From the NCBI GenBank assembly GCA_964016885.1, contig OZ024758.1, positions 9,238,001 to 9,302,000 of the forward strand: a DNA stretch of 64,000 nucleotides. Direction: 5' to 3'. This document shows positions 1 to 13,301 of this stretch, one piece after another; within the stretch, counting starts at the first letter, position 1; every line of letters begins with the position of its first letter. Under the pieces are notes generated by a model, which ran no database searches, was not told the DNA's origin, and saw nothing but the letters and a program-made list of their open reading frames with translations. Origin of the DNA: Eledone cirrhosa (lineage: Eukaryota). The translations under genes and the position numbers were made by a program.

Positions 1-242
1 CCATGATTGGGCCATATATATGTATACATACACACATATCTATCTATATATATACATGTATATACACACACACACATCTATCTATATATTATATGTATGT
101 ATACATGTGTGTGTGTGTGTATTATACATATATATGCATTGTTTCTGTAGAGTAACAGAGTATAAACACGAGTTGGTGGTGAAAAAGAAATTGATAAAAG
201 CGAAAATAATTGTTATATAGTCAAAGGGTTGGTAGATACTGT

Positions 243-280
<38 letters not shown>

Positions 281-1014
281 GCCCGTGAAAACAAAATAAC
301 TTTCTATTTTCAAAACTGTCAAAAATAAAGTAACAAAGAGAAATATATATTCAGAATACAGAGAGAAAATAATAAAAAAATATTTAAATCTACTTGCTAT
401 GTACTTTTACGAACCCAAGCAAGGTGGTTAAAAAAGATTCTATCAAAGGACACCATTAACTCTTCAGTTTTACAGGAATATATATTTATATATATATATT
501 TTTTTTACTAGCAATTGAAAATTAATATATGTTCGAAATCTCATTATTTCGTAATTTACTTTTTTTTTAAAAATTAAAATAGATTTTGAAGTTTGAAAGT
601 GACTGTGACGAGAAAGGTTGACAAGTGTAGAAGGAAAGTAGAGGAAATAAATAGTGGGAGTGGATGGATTCAGGGCTTTACAAAACTAGCTTTAACGTTT
701 TACGATTGATTATCTGTAATACAATAAATAAAATAAAGTTAAATTTTCCATATAGTTTTTCGTTATAATTTCTCAAACTTTCGCCGGCTCCTCATAGTAG
801 CTACTTCGAAAGTAAAATGGGAGGAAAAAAAAAAAGTGATTTTGCTTTTCCAAAACTAAGAAAAATATATTAATTTTCTCTCTATCTTTTTTCTTATTAG
901 AAAAAAAATAAGTTAACGAAGGCGATATAATAAAAACACGGAAATTGGAAAAAATAATAGAACTTTTTTGTAAGTTGACACGAATGTTTTAGTTAACGAT
1001 TTGAAAGAAAGAAA

Positions 1015-1402
1015 GAGAAAAATTGCTATAAAAGGATGTCGGCTAATGTCGCATGTTTGGTATGCCCATATATAGTAGTTGTTGGCATTGACTCGTGACT
1101 CACTACTACTGGTTAGATTTCTACAAACTGACAGGTTGCCCCTTTACAACTAGGTCGAGATCAGAAATATATTTTATAATATTTATTTTATTTGTCTTAA
1201 CACTTTGGATACTAAAAAGCGATTTTTCTTTCTCGTCTCTACTGATGTTATAGCAGAAGTAACTTTAAAAAAAAAATATTCAATTAGTCTCCATCTAATC
1301 TAGTAAGGTGTCTGCTCTCACCTCCTGCTGCTACTATATCCTGTCCAGGCTGTACTATATAAAGAGTAGCCTTTTCTCCTGCTTAAATCATTTCCCCCGT
1401 CT
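1015..1402 (+). promoter_or_regulatory. Proximal promoter/5'UTR of cofilin A (copy 1 of a near-identical inverted repeat)
   Basis: TATATAAAG at 1356-1364 lies about 30 nt upstream of an Inr-like TCATTT at 1388-1393. There is a second TATAAAAG at 1027-1034, an AP-1 site TGACTCA at 1096-1102 and a CArG-like CCATATATAG at 1066-1075. The block is reverse-complement near-identical to 46234-46620. Confidence 0.75.
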
Positions 1403-1435
1403 TCTTCGTTGACTTCTGTTCGCAATAATCTAAAT

Positions 1436-1728
1436 ATGACGTCAGGAATTTCCGTGTCCAAGGCTGCTATTGAAATGTTTCAATTTATAAAATCAAGCAA
1501 AAAAATGCGGTATGCTATATTTAATGTATCTCCTTGTGAAGCTGAAATTATTCCAGGTGACTCTGTTCCTAAACCTGATAAATTAGACCTCAGCTTAGAT
1601 GCTGTGAAGAAAGAATGGACAGAGTTTTGTACACAGCTTCCCTTAGATGGCAGCTGCTATGCAGTATATGACATGAGTTTCCAAAAACATGAAGGATCAC
1701 GGAGAGATAAACTTATTTTAGTTACTTG
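1436..1728 (+). CDS. ADF/cofilin paralog A, coding exon 1 (MTSGISVS...RRDKLILVTW)
   Basis: ATG at 1436. It has the cofilin N-terminus M-x-S-G-I-x-V, an IKSSKKMRYAIF motif, CYAVYDM and DKLILVTW. The exon ends TG|GTAAGT, a canonical donor in phase 2. Confidence 0.93.
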
Positions 1729-1943
1729 GTAAGTTTTAAAATTTTCTCGTCAGTTTGAAATTCTTCTCAGATTCTTTCGCAGTTCTTTTCTCTTTTAAAG
1801 GGATTATTAAAGTGGCCTATTTGAAAACTTATTACTTCTAAACTTACTTTACGGACATTTAATATTTAATAAATAAACTTATACCCGACTATTAATATCT
1901 TCGCTTTTAATCATTGAATATTTAACAGTTTTCTAAACACACA

Positions 1944-2005
<62 letters not shown>

Positions 2006-2033
2006 GCTGTGTAAGTTTATATACAAACAAGTG

Positions 2034-2079
<46 letters not shown>

Positions 2080-2277
2080 TGTTTGTATATAAACTTGCAC
2101 AGCTATGGGTGAAGCGATTTTTCCCAAACTTGGTAAGTTCGTAGATGTAATTATTAATCATAAGGTCAATTGATTTTGTCCAGTTTTGATATTAATTCTA
2201 GATATTGATATAATATATATTATATATATTCACTATCAATTCGTTAAGTTGATCATGATTTTAAATTAATATACAGG

Positions 2278-2311
<34 letters not shown>

Positions 2312-4733
2312 ATAGCACAAGTATGAAGTAACTATAAGGTTGTATCATCTTGACTTTATATATATCAAGACCACAAATGAGGGTAGTGCATGGTGTGTTG
2401 CGGAGCAGGTTGTTTCTCCATTGAAATTGTCTTAACAGATGTCCGGCGGTAACACCTGTGTGACAAGATGGGTAATGTTTAAAAGATACATAGATAGATC
2501 TCGTTGCTAGAAATAAAAAGGGTTTTGAGACGTAAATTTCATGTTGCTATTTGAAATCTGGATTGACAAAAAGAAACACCGCCCAAGATGGCAGGCAAGT
2601 TGTGGGCGTAATACTGAGTGGACAATACACATTGTGTAATACACCCTGGTATACACAACTTAGATGACGAAGTTTTAAAAGAATGCCTGTAATTAGGAAG
2701 TTGGTACTATAATATCCTTATAATTCTAAATTATAGTTATAGACCTCTTCTCAATGGCGGTTACATTCTGAGTAGATTCACTATTTCAATTATTTTATGT
2801 TTGATAAACTGTTAAACTTAAGACTGTATTTCTTTCGGATCACTTCATTTTACATTACTTGATCGGAAATTAGTTTTAAAAAAATCCCTTAGTGTTATGA
2901 ATTTTTTTATTTTTGTTTTGTTTTATAATTCCTATTGTCTTAACTTGATCCCCTGCCCTCTATCCAGGTTATATAGAATCCATTTTTAAAGTCGGCCTGC
3001 CATGGAAAGGAGTGGATTTTTTTTTTTTTTATACTCTTTCCTGTTTTTATATAAAGTCAGTTAAACGTGGCGCTTTTTAATTAGTATAAAATTTATTCAT
3101 TTGTTTTGAATACTGCAATGGAAATATTTCCAAAAAGCAATTACGGATAAGTTCTCCTTCCAATGATATGAAAGTTTTTTTTAGTTTTTTTCTAATTAGT
3201 TAATATGAAAATTATATTTAGAACAGGTTTGTTACGTGTGTCGTTGTAATAAATCTGTCTAGAGTCAGTGATTTTGTTTTCGCTGAATACTAAAACAAGG
3301 TGCTTTGTTGTCACGGGCTGTCGTTAGCGGAAACTTTCCATAACGGCCAATCCCCCTTTCAATTCAGTCAAAACCAAGAAACTATTTTGAAAATAAATAA
3401 GAAAAAGACCAGTTTATAGACAAGAATTAATTTTAATGCAGTTTTCTTGTATTGTTTTAAATTTCAATTATGTTTTCGCTAGAAAATATATTTAACTTGT
3501 GTAATCATTCTATGGGAGTAATTAATATACTAACAGAACGTTTAACTAGACATTTCTGCCAGTGTAAAGACTTCAAACTACCGCCAAATTTTAAGTTACC
3601 TGTCGGTAATCTGAAATCGCTTTTGAACCTGATTTCAAATTACCCCGCATATATGTACACCCCCCCCCTCTCTGATCTAACCAAAATAAGTTTCTAATTT
3701 AGGAACTAGGCAAACAATTTGTGCGCGTGTGGTGTTTAAATCAACCCAGTACTTGACTTTATTTTACCCATCTCCGAAAGATGAAAAGCAATGTTGACCT
3801 CGGCCAGATTTGAAATGAAAACTTAAAAGATCCTCGACAAATATTACAAGCCATTTCTCCGAAGCTCTGTCCCTCACCGCCCTTGATTTAGCTGAAATAT
3901 GTTGTTTACTATTCATAAGTTTATTGTATGAAACGCGTGATATATAACAAAATAACTTGTCACGAAATGTGAAAAAAATGTTGGATTTGACATTTTTATT
4001 ACCCCTTGTTCAGAACAATTGTGCTTTTTCGGATTCTTACGTTTTGAAAATCAAGAGATTCTGAATCTGTCAAAAAAGTATTTGGAATGAGATTTATACA
4101 CAAATACACATTGGCGATCTTAATACGAATTTAATACATTTAAAGTTGTATGTATAGTACCTACTCCAATGTGGTTGGTGATAGAAGAAAGGGCATTCAG
4201 CTTCAAGAAACTTGCTAAACAAACGTACGTGTGTTGCAGTTGGAAACTTTAACGGTCTACTTGTAGAATAACATGATAGTGGTTGAGCATTTCATATATA
4301 CGTATACTTTTAACATAGTTTTGAGGGAGATTTAAAGGGGCACAGTATGTGACAGGGTTGGCCTTTTTCATGGCAGCTCAGCTAATTTTTTTTTCAGCTG
4401 AGTAATAGTGAAATATTCTTCAAGGTCTCTACGCTTTGCCGATAATGAACTTGCGATCGTGATCTAAACACCCAAAGTCAACAGGTTGTATGAGCTTAAA
4501 AGCCTATACTTATGATTGAGGATAGTGTGTATTTATTTTATAAACATTACTCATTATACATTTCACTCTTTTATTTCTATAATTTGCTTACTATCCTATT
4601 TTATTGTAATAACAATACAAATTAACGAAAGCCACTAGTACATTTTATAGATAGTACTTTATAATAGGGATTAAAAACTTTTTTGAAAGCGGGCTATGCC
4701 GAATAAAATATGATCGTACAAGGCTATGGAAAT

Positions 4734-4781
<48 letters not shown>

Positions 4782-6433
4782 CAATTATATATATATATAT
4801 AATTGTTTTTCACCATAAGCAATAGAGAGAGAGAAACAAGCCGTAAGGTTGTCGCATACCAGATGCCGCCCAGAGAAATGCGCAGACGCGCGTTAATATA
4901 ATTGATTTATAGGTCGTATATACCTTGAGGAGTGGCAATATTTTATATCTCTTACTCAATACATGTGTAGTCGGCAAATATAACAAAATAATTAAAACCT
5001 TTTTTTTTTCCAATTATCGAAACGAATAAGTTTCATTTTGGTTACTTCTGGCTTTTTCTATTCGTAACACAGGTGCTTTTAGAATGAAATTAATTTTGTT
5101 ACACGAAGCGTCGAGTATGTTTTAAACTGCATTTTTTTTTAAACCCACGCCCAATTTTTTGAATTTTTGTTTGCATTTGCAATGTCATTTTCATCTTTGC
5201 ATAGAAGTTTTTTAACTCAATTCCCAGCCCCCATTCTTTTTATGTTTGTAGTGAAATTTTCATTCTTGTAAGCAAAATAAATGCCCTTCGTTTTCAGGGA
5301 CCTAAACCCGAAATCAGGGAACACTGATAAAGGAATAGGAAATATTACCAAAGAAATATATAAAAAAAAATATAATTTAAAGTTGTTCATTGACTGATGT
5401 CTGTACATCTCTAAACGTAGTCTAGCTTCAGCGATTTAGTCCATCATATAGACATCAATACACTTTTTCTTTTTTTTTTTTCAAGTTTGGTACTTATTTT
5501 ATCGATCTCTATTTGTCAAACTGCTACGTTATGAGACGTAAACAGACACCAGACATATTTGACGGGCTTATTCTGTTTTTGTCTACTAAACTTCACTAAG
5601 TATCAAATCAACATAAGGTTTTAGTAGAAGAGACTTGCCCAACGTCCACGCTATGGTTGCGAAGTAAATTCATTTAAAATATATAATAGCCTATTTTTGT
5701 AGTATAGTGGTATGTGCTCTGATCATGTAAGAGACCTGTGTTCAACCCCGAGAGACTTTTACTTTTTGTAAGACGGTGTTTGTAATGACTGCAATCTAAT
5801 GCCTGAATCCAATGAAAGGAAAGCATTTTTTGTTTGTAATATTTCCACTTTCCTTTCGGCACTCAACGAATTAAGTATCAGGTCCCCTGGAAACGAAAAA
5901 GCGATCTTACAAAAGAAGTGAATGTTAGAATAAACAAACTTTCACATGCATGTTGTAACTGCAACTATAATTTCGTTGACGCCAAATGGTTAATACAAAT
6001 TTTATCAATATATGTATATATGTTTTCTGATTTAGATACAAGGCCAGCAATTTATGGGTTTGGGGAAAGTCGATTATGCCGATCACAGTACGTTACTGTT
6101 AACGTTATTTCGACTTCGAAGTAATGAAAGGCTAAGTTGACCCCTTATTTATGCACAAGACCAATAATTTTGGGGAGAAGAAAGTCAATTAAATCGATCT
6201 TTGTGCATTAAAGCTAACCTCGGCGAAATTTGAATTCAGGACGCAAAGGGTCGTAACTCTATGTCGCAAAGCATGTCAGTCGCTCTACCGTTGCTACCCA
6301 TCCCACTTATATGCCACCATAATTACATCAAAACTAAAATGTTCGCAGGCACCTTAATCGTTCGTTCATTCATATAAACCTAAGAATTTCAAAAACAACT
6401 GGTATAAAATCTAAAGACAAGTCTTTAGATTTG

Positions 6434-6469
<36 letters not shown>

Positions 6470-7019
6470 CTCTATATATATAAAATGAATTTCTTCTGTA
6501 AATTAGTTTTATATTTATTTATTTTTTTTTTTTACTTAGACTTCGCATGATTTCGCGTTACGCAACATTCGTTTCGGTAATTCAAGACAGCTAAGCTATT
6601 TTACGTTCCCTAATTCTGCCCCGAAAATGTATAAAATATTTGAGGTATATCAAAATGAAATAAGCATAGCTACTCTAGTGCACTCAAACCCCATTTATTT
6701 CCTCATAACTTTCTTAAATAACTTAATGAAATTTCGCAGAGTTATGTTTTTCTGGCCGTGTAGTTTTTACAATCATGTTGATGGAATTTAAAAAAAAGAA
6801 TGTTTTGTTTGGATCTGTATGATTTCTATCGTTAATTCTTTCATTTGCTGGAATTTTTCAATCAATTCAAAGTTGTAGTAATTCCATGACAGTCCAGTAT
6901 ATTTGACAGTATCCTAATTATGTAGACGATGAAAAAAGTTTGGACTTTGTTTAACCCACTTCAAATGCAGACCGAAAAATTCAGCAAATGAAAGTGTTAA
7001 CAAAATTCTATAGTAATCA

Positions 7020-8105
7020 GTCTTTGCTCACATATTTCTGGCAGGGTCCACAAGCACTCCTAGCGGATCCTGACAGAATCAACTGCCTCCAGTTGATCTG
7101 GCTAGATTCCCAAGCGAGACCAGCTGAGCTCATAGATATTATCCAACCACCTTGCTCTGGGTGTCCTGCCAGCTGGTTTTGCTCATAAATTCAGCCCAGC
7201 AATTTTTACCTGAGACATTCTAGCCACATGTCCATAATATTGAAGCTGTGATCTCTCAATTCAGAGAATTAGTGAGTCTGATTAAATAATGTTACGCCAA
7301 AGACCCTTCAGAAGAACCTCCATTTCAGTCATTTGTATTCTTGATCATATTCTTTTAGGAATTACCCAAAATAAATTGAAGATAGTGAGTTTGGCTTTTA
7401 CACCTACCTCCCTTCTGATGCAAGAATGCTGAAGTTGGTGCATTACTGCACTAGTACTTGCAATCTTGCACTTAATTCAATCTCCTACTGTCCATCACTT
7501 GTGAATATTGCCCGAGATACTTGAACTTCTCCACCTGCTTCAGGGGTCTCCACTCACACAATACGTAGTGCACTCTGCAGGCTCCTTTTGAGGATGAGTG
7601 GCTATTTTCACAGAACTGATTTTCATTTCAGCTGTGCAACACTTGGCAGCAGACTATCAAGTGCATGTTGGAGATCACCTTCTGATGAGTTAAGTAATAC
7701 CATGACGTCTGCAAACTCCAGCTGACTGATCCTACACTCACAAATCGTATTACCACATTTAATCTGGTTGCACATGTCAACCCTGTTTATGAAGATTATG
7801 AACAGGAAAGGTGACAGTACACACTCTTGGCGGAGTCTAGTACCGACATTGAATGGTTTTGACTTACCATTTTTTTATCAAACAAATACTAGGGCATTCG
7901 TATAGGCACCAAGGCAACAAGCTGTCCATTGATTCCATATTCCTGTGGAACATATTTACAATTCTTTTTGAGGTCTACAAAATAAGCATGCACCTCTTGG
8001 CAATACTCCCTTTTTGTGGGTCTGAGAAAAGTACTAAATTGATAACTGGTGCAAATAAGACTACCCAACACTGCAATGTAGCAATAAATCCTTAAAGCAT
8101 CTTCC
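7020..8105 (-). mobile_element. Degenerate RTE-clade LINE, RT domain to C-terminus
   Basis: Minus-strand remnants CTSYQFSTFL (resembling CSNYRGITLL), QVEKFKYLG and PRARWLDNIYELSWSRLGI, with many stops and frameshifts. Confidence 0.8.
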
Positions 8106-8199
8106 TTTGTATGGGATAACAAAGGTTGTATTGAAGCCTTATGTAGAGGCCTGTTCCAAAAATATATTGCAGTCTTCACCCAATGCTGCAAGAATTGGC

Positions 8200-9220
8200 A
8201 ATAGGCCTGCAACCTGTCCTGGGAGGTGGAGGATGGAAGTACAAAGGTTACATATCCCAAGACTCCAGAGAGGGTTGGAAAGGAGCAAACCTTGACAATT
8301 GGTAACTGGAATGTTACAACCCTTATAGGCAAAGAGGAGGAACTAGTGTAGGAGACCAGATGCTGCTGGCTAGATATTGTTGGGTTTCCTCAACAAAGTT
8401 CCATAGATTTGGATGATGGATGGAAATGCTATTATTCAGGTGTGGTACCAGAAAAGACTGCATAGGCAAGAGTGGGGATACTCACAAGCTCCCTGGCTGT
8501 CAGAATGTGTTATGAACTGGTTCCCATTAGGATTTGCCTCTTGAAGCTTGGGCTGAAAGAAAGGTCTTTGTGGGTGGTGCAAGTTTATGCACCAAATAGT
8601 CTGAATGCAGATCTTTCCTTGAAGTCACTACAGCATTAGATTTAGTTAAGACTAAATCATATCCATAAATACACATGGCATAAGGGGATTCAGGGGACAC
8701 AGATCAATAATTGATTTTGTTTGTTCTCTTTTTTAAGTGAGGGGCTGAGCTGTCAACTGATCACCATCTAGTTATCTGCAACCTGGGACTACCTAAAGTC
8801 AAGAGAGCCCACAAAACTGGCAGGTCCAGCTCAACCTACAGGATAAAGTGGTAAATGCAGGCAGATAAGGAAGTCAGGAACAGGTTTTCAGGGAACTCTC
8901 TAAGGACATTGAAACAGTGGAGACTGTTCAGCTCGGCAGTTTCTGCTTCAGCTGTTAAATGGTGTGGACAAAAGCAGCTTAGTGTGGTGCTGGGTGGCAG
9001 TAGGACACTTTGGTTCAACAAAGTGGTCAAAGATGCCATCCAAGTAAAGGAGGTTTTCAAAGCTTGGCTTGAAAATATGTCCCCCTTTTTGCATAACATT
9101 TTCTGAGGTGCATCTGGGAATGAGGACAATCCTCCTGGAATTTTAGGTCACAAGAGCAATTAAGGAGCTCAAATGTGGGAAGGTGGCTGGGGATGATAAA
9201 AAAGCCTTAAATGGAGAAGC
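8200..9220 (+). mobile_element. Degenerate RTE-clade LINE, APE endonuclease to pre-RT region (inverted relative to 7020-8105)
   Basis: Plus-strand remnants LTIGNWNVTTLIGKEEELV, VVQVYAPN, LSTDHHLVICNL, WFNKVVKDAI and AIKELKCGKVAGDD. Confidence 0.8.
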
Positions 9221-10360
9221 TAAATATTTACCCAGATGTTCACAAAAGCTGTTGTATTGTTTGTTTCCAATTACATGCAGCATTGATAGCTTAGTTTAAC
9301 TAACCTCAGTAAAACCTTTCTAAAGAATGAAACTAGGAATTTGTTTTAGAAATATACCATATAAACTCAAATATTAAGCAGACCTACTATTTTATCGTCA
9401 TTTTTATGTCTGTTTTTCCATGCTTGCATGGGTTATGTCTGAGAAAAGGGCTAAACTCCAAACCTTATTTAATGTAGAATTTAAAGTTGGTGGAAATCAT
9501 CAAATATTGACACCGAATATAAAGACCCCCCCCCCCCCCCCGGGGGGGGGTCACTTATATTTGAGTATATATGGTAAGTACAATATTGAGAATTTATAAA
9601 ATTATTCTGTTCACTTTGCTGTAGTTATGACTGAGTCATATATCCATAACTACTACACATGGTATAAGGGGGGGTTGGGGGTTGTCTTATACATTATTGT
9701 TACTATCATTTTGTATAGATGAATGAATAAAACTCATGAATGTTTTAAAGCAATTTGTAAGTGATCATTCTTATTCAGGATTTTTAAAAAACCATCCATT
9801 TGCTTCCTGTTAATGTGAACATTTTTCAACTGGGTTTGTAAGATGCAACATCTGTATCGGTCTGTACCATGAGAAGTCAATGCAAATGAAAAAATGACAA
9901 CTGTATCAGTTACATCAGCACACAGAAACTTGATAGGGAAAGAAGACCTACTAAATGACATACTCAGTCATTTTGTGCTGCCATTATTGAATTGCTTCTG
10001 TAAATAACTGGATTTTATTTAAGTGCTATTATGTTGCATGTTTTTTCAGATACCAATAATGAAATACTTTTTTCCGTTTGAAGTATTTAATTTTTAATTT
10101 GAGTTATATTTATTGTATATAATGTCATCATCATCGTTTAACGGCCATCTTCCACGCTTGCATGGGTTTGGATTGGAATTTTCCCACTTGAGGCAAGATT
10201 GGTTGTCTTGCTCGTATAGGACTGTCTGGCGGGTTTTCTACGACTGGATGCCCTTCCTAACACCAACCACGTTTACAGATTAAATATTTACATTGTATAT
10301 TTTCTTGTTTAAGTTGTGATTCTTTAATACAAAGCTATCACTTTAAATAAAAAATTGTTT

Positions 10361-10402
<42 letters not shown>

Positions 10403-10625
10403 TATAATCGTTACCATTTAATGTCCATTCTTCCACATTAGCATGGGTTAGACAAGTTGTCCCATTGAGACAAGCCAGACCAGCTGTGTCTTGCTCATAC
10501 ACAACTGTTTCTGAATTAGTTTCCTTGGTTGGATGCCCTTCCTGACACCAACCACATTTACACCACCACTTTAGTGTGGACTGCGTGCTTCTTGGCTTAT
10601 ATATATTTTTATATATATATATATA

Positions 10626-11420
10626 CAGGGTGCGGATGATATTTCTTCGCAAGATTACTGTCTAGGAAAAAATAAGTTTTATTTTTTTAAGATTTATTTA
10701 TCAAACTTGGGTCAGTTTGTCTTCATGATTGTTCTTTCGATAAACCCGCCATTGGCTTTGATGACGGCCTCAAGGCGGCCTCGGAACCGGCTACAGGCCT
10801 TCGTCACTGTTCCCCGACTTAGGCCCCTAAAGGCACTTGTGATCCTGGCATTCAGATTGTTTTTCGTATTGCAGCTAGATCTGTTGGTGTCTCGTTCCAC
10901 TGCGCCCCACACAAAGAATTCGAGGGGGTTGCAGTCAAGCGAGCTGGGAGGCCAGATGTCAGGTGAAGTGTGGTCGACGAAGTTCTGACAGCCAGGCTTG
11001 GTTGGGTCTTTTGGCTGGTATGGCAGGGCGCTGAGTCTTGCTGCTACACGTACAGCCTACCTACAACTATCTGGTTGATCCAGGGCTTTACTACCTCGCT
11101 CAGAACGCGGATGTAGCCATCGGTGTCCAGCTTGAGGCCCTCAGGGAAGAAGTGAGGTGGCATGACTTCACCTTGACTGCTGACAACACCTAAGACCAAT
11201 GTTGTCGCTGGAAACTTTGTCTGCATGACTCTGGGCACGTCTTTGGATGAGACAGCGAGCCACCTGTTGTTCTGGGAGTTGATCTTCTGGTCTTATTTGT
11301 CCTCCCGGCGCCGATTCCAAGAAGAACTACGTGTCTCTTCCACAAATTTGGAGGTTCAAAATTATTCATAATTAATTATTCTGAAAATAAATAATGGAAA
11401 TATAGTCACTGTTTTTATAT
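10626..11420 (-). mobile_element. Internally deleted Tc1/mariner (DD37, maT-like) transposon relic
   Basis: Transposase pieces TKFPATTLVLGVVSSQGEVMPPHFF, QQDSAPCH, WPPSSLDCNPLEFFVWG and RFRGRLEAVIKANGG. The left end is TA|CAGGGTGCGG. The right boundary is approximate. Confidence 0.85.
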
Positions 11421-13301
11421 TCGCACATGCCTTTCTCTACATAAACTTGCATTCATGCACACACATACAAACATCCCACTAAGCACACTTACATTCAAGC
11501 ACACACATGCATATATCATACTTTTCCCCATACATTTCACAATGCGCACGTTCAAAATTTTAACGTCTTTTCATTTCATTTGACTTGAATCTGCTTTCCA
11601 AACAAGTCAACCTCGATTGATCCTTCAAATCTCTCATAGGATACTCCCTTGACAATCGGTTTTTAGACCCGAAAATATTTGGGATTATTAAATTTGCTAA
11701 GGTAAGATTCTTTTATCTTAGCAATTTTAATTTTCTTTCTAGTGCATTGTATGGTTTTCAAAATAATTTTAAATTTGTGCTTCCCATTCAACAATGCTTC
11801 AAGCAAATTACAACACTGTTTTATAAATATATATATAATCTGTCTTTTGCGAAATATATAAACATGTTTCATGGTGTTGGACAGAACAGTGAATGTGATA
11901 CTCCAGAGGATAGCAAGAGAGAAAGAACCAATCTAGCTTATGGGGCTGATTCTTGCAGATGACTATCTCCATTCCAATTATAGTAAGCAGGGAGGTAGTT
12001 CAGGGACCCAGGAGTCAGATGTTTCCATCACTATGAATTCAAAGATATGCTTATCAGAGAATGGCCGGTTTTTAGCTTGTAATATTTAACTATTTTGATA
12101 ACAAAAACCTGAGTCTGATGCTGAATTTTGCAGGTTGCATCTCGGATGAGGACCTGTCCCCTGCTAGTTCCAGTTGTGTCCAAACAACACTTAATGACTT
12201 CATTGAGAGTGGTTTGTTGTGGGAGGCAGTGAGAGGAGTCCAAAAGCAGCTACCATGGACATGTAATGGCATATATTACTATCATGTGAAGACTGAGTGG
12301 AAGGGAAACACCAATAAGACAGTAGCTCTCCAGCCTGGCACCAGTTGACTATGAAGGTATGGCAGGCACCACCAAGGTTGGGAGGTGGAACTGAAAAATG
12401 CTATTCAATGTTGTCTGAAGCTTTGTCATACTGCAGGACAAGTTTATTGTCCATATACTGATCAGAACAAATATGCAAAAGCATCTTCATGCTTCAATGG
12501 TTAGCTATTGGAATAGCATTTGGAATAGCATATTTGCTCCAACAATGTATGAAGATACATCACACAACTCTTAGTCAAATTGACTGCAATCATTAAAAAA
12601 AAAAAAAAAAAAAGGATGAATTTCTCATTTCCGAATATAAGTTCCATGGAACTTTTCTCTTGTTTTTTCCTTTTTCATAGCCAAGTGAATAGTTTTATAC
12701 ACTAGATGTCTCCCACTTCAATAACAGATTGTTTCAACTGCTTCATTTTTCTTTTTACTGTTAATAAGATTTATGAAGGTCATTGAAAAATACAGAATGA
12801 GTTAATGAAATGTTGGTTTACAAATTTGTGTTGGGTTGAAGCATTCATCCAGTATGCACCACCTTCCCCTCCCACATCCTAAAACCTCACCCATCACCAA
12901 ATAAGTTCCCCCACCTCAGCCCCCGGTGTAAAGTGGTTGTGTTGGTGGCACCCAGTACACGCTGTAAATGTGGTTGGCATTAGGAAGGGAATCGAGCTGT
13001 AGAAGCCCAAATCAGTTCTGTAAGAGCAAGACATGGTCTAACTCATGTTAGCATGGAAAAATGATGTGAAACGGTGCTGATGGTGAAATTTGATATTTTA
13101 GGTGATTGTTGGATAACATATTGTTCTGGTATTGCTTTTCTCTATTGAGCTATGGTAGATTATTTCTTACATAATTAGCAACTCAATTTTTGTAAATTAT
13201 GATAGATTGACGCAAGAATTCTTTTATTTGTATTGGTTTCAGTTTAAAATTTTGTTTGTAAATCTTAACACGTTAACATTTATTTTTTTTCTTTCTTTTA
13301 G

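Noticed and set aside
1409-1435. N-terminal extension MTSVRNNLN of cofilin A
   Set aside because: It starts at TTG, an ORF-caller alternative start. The ATG at 1436 aligns with paralog B and the family N-terminus.
13207-13301. N-terminal part of the 83-aa ORF at 13207
   Set aside because: This is the intronic branch and polypyrimidine region. Only the part from 13302 is cofilin.
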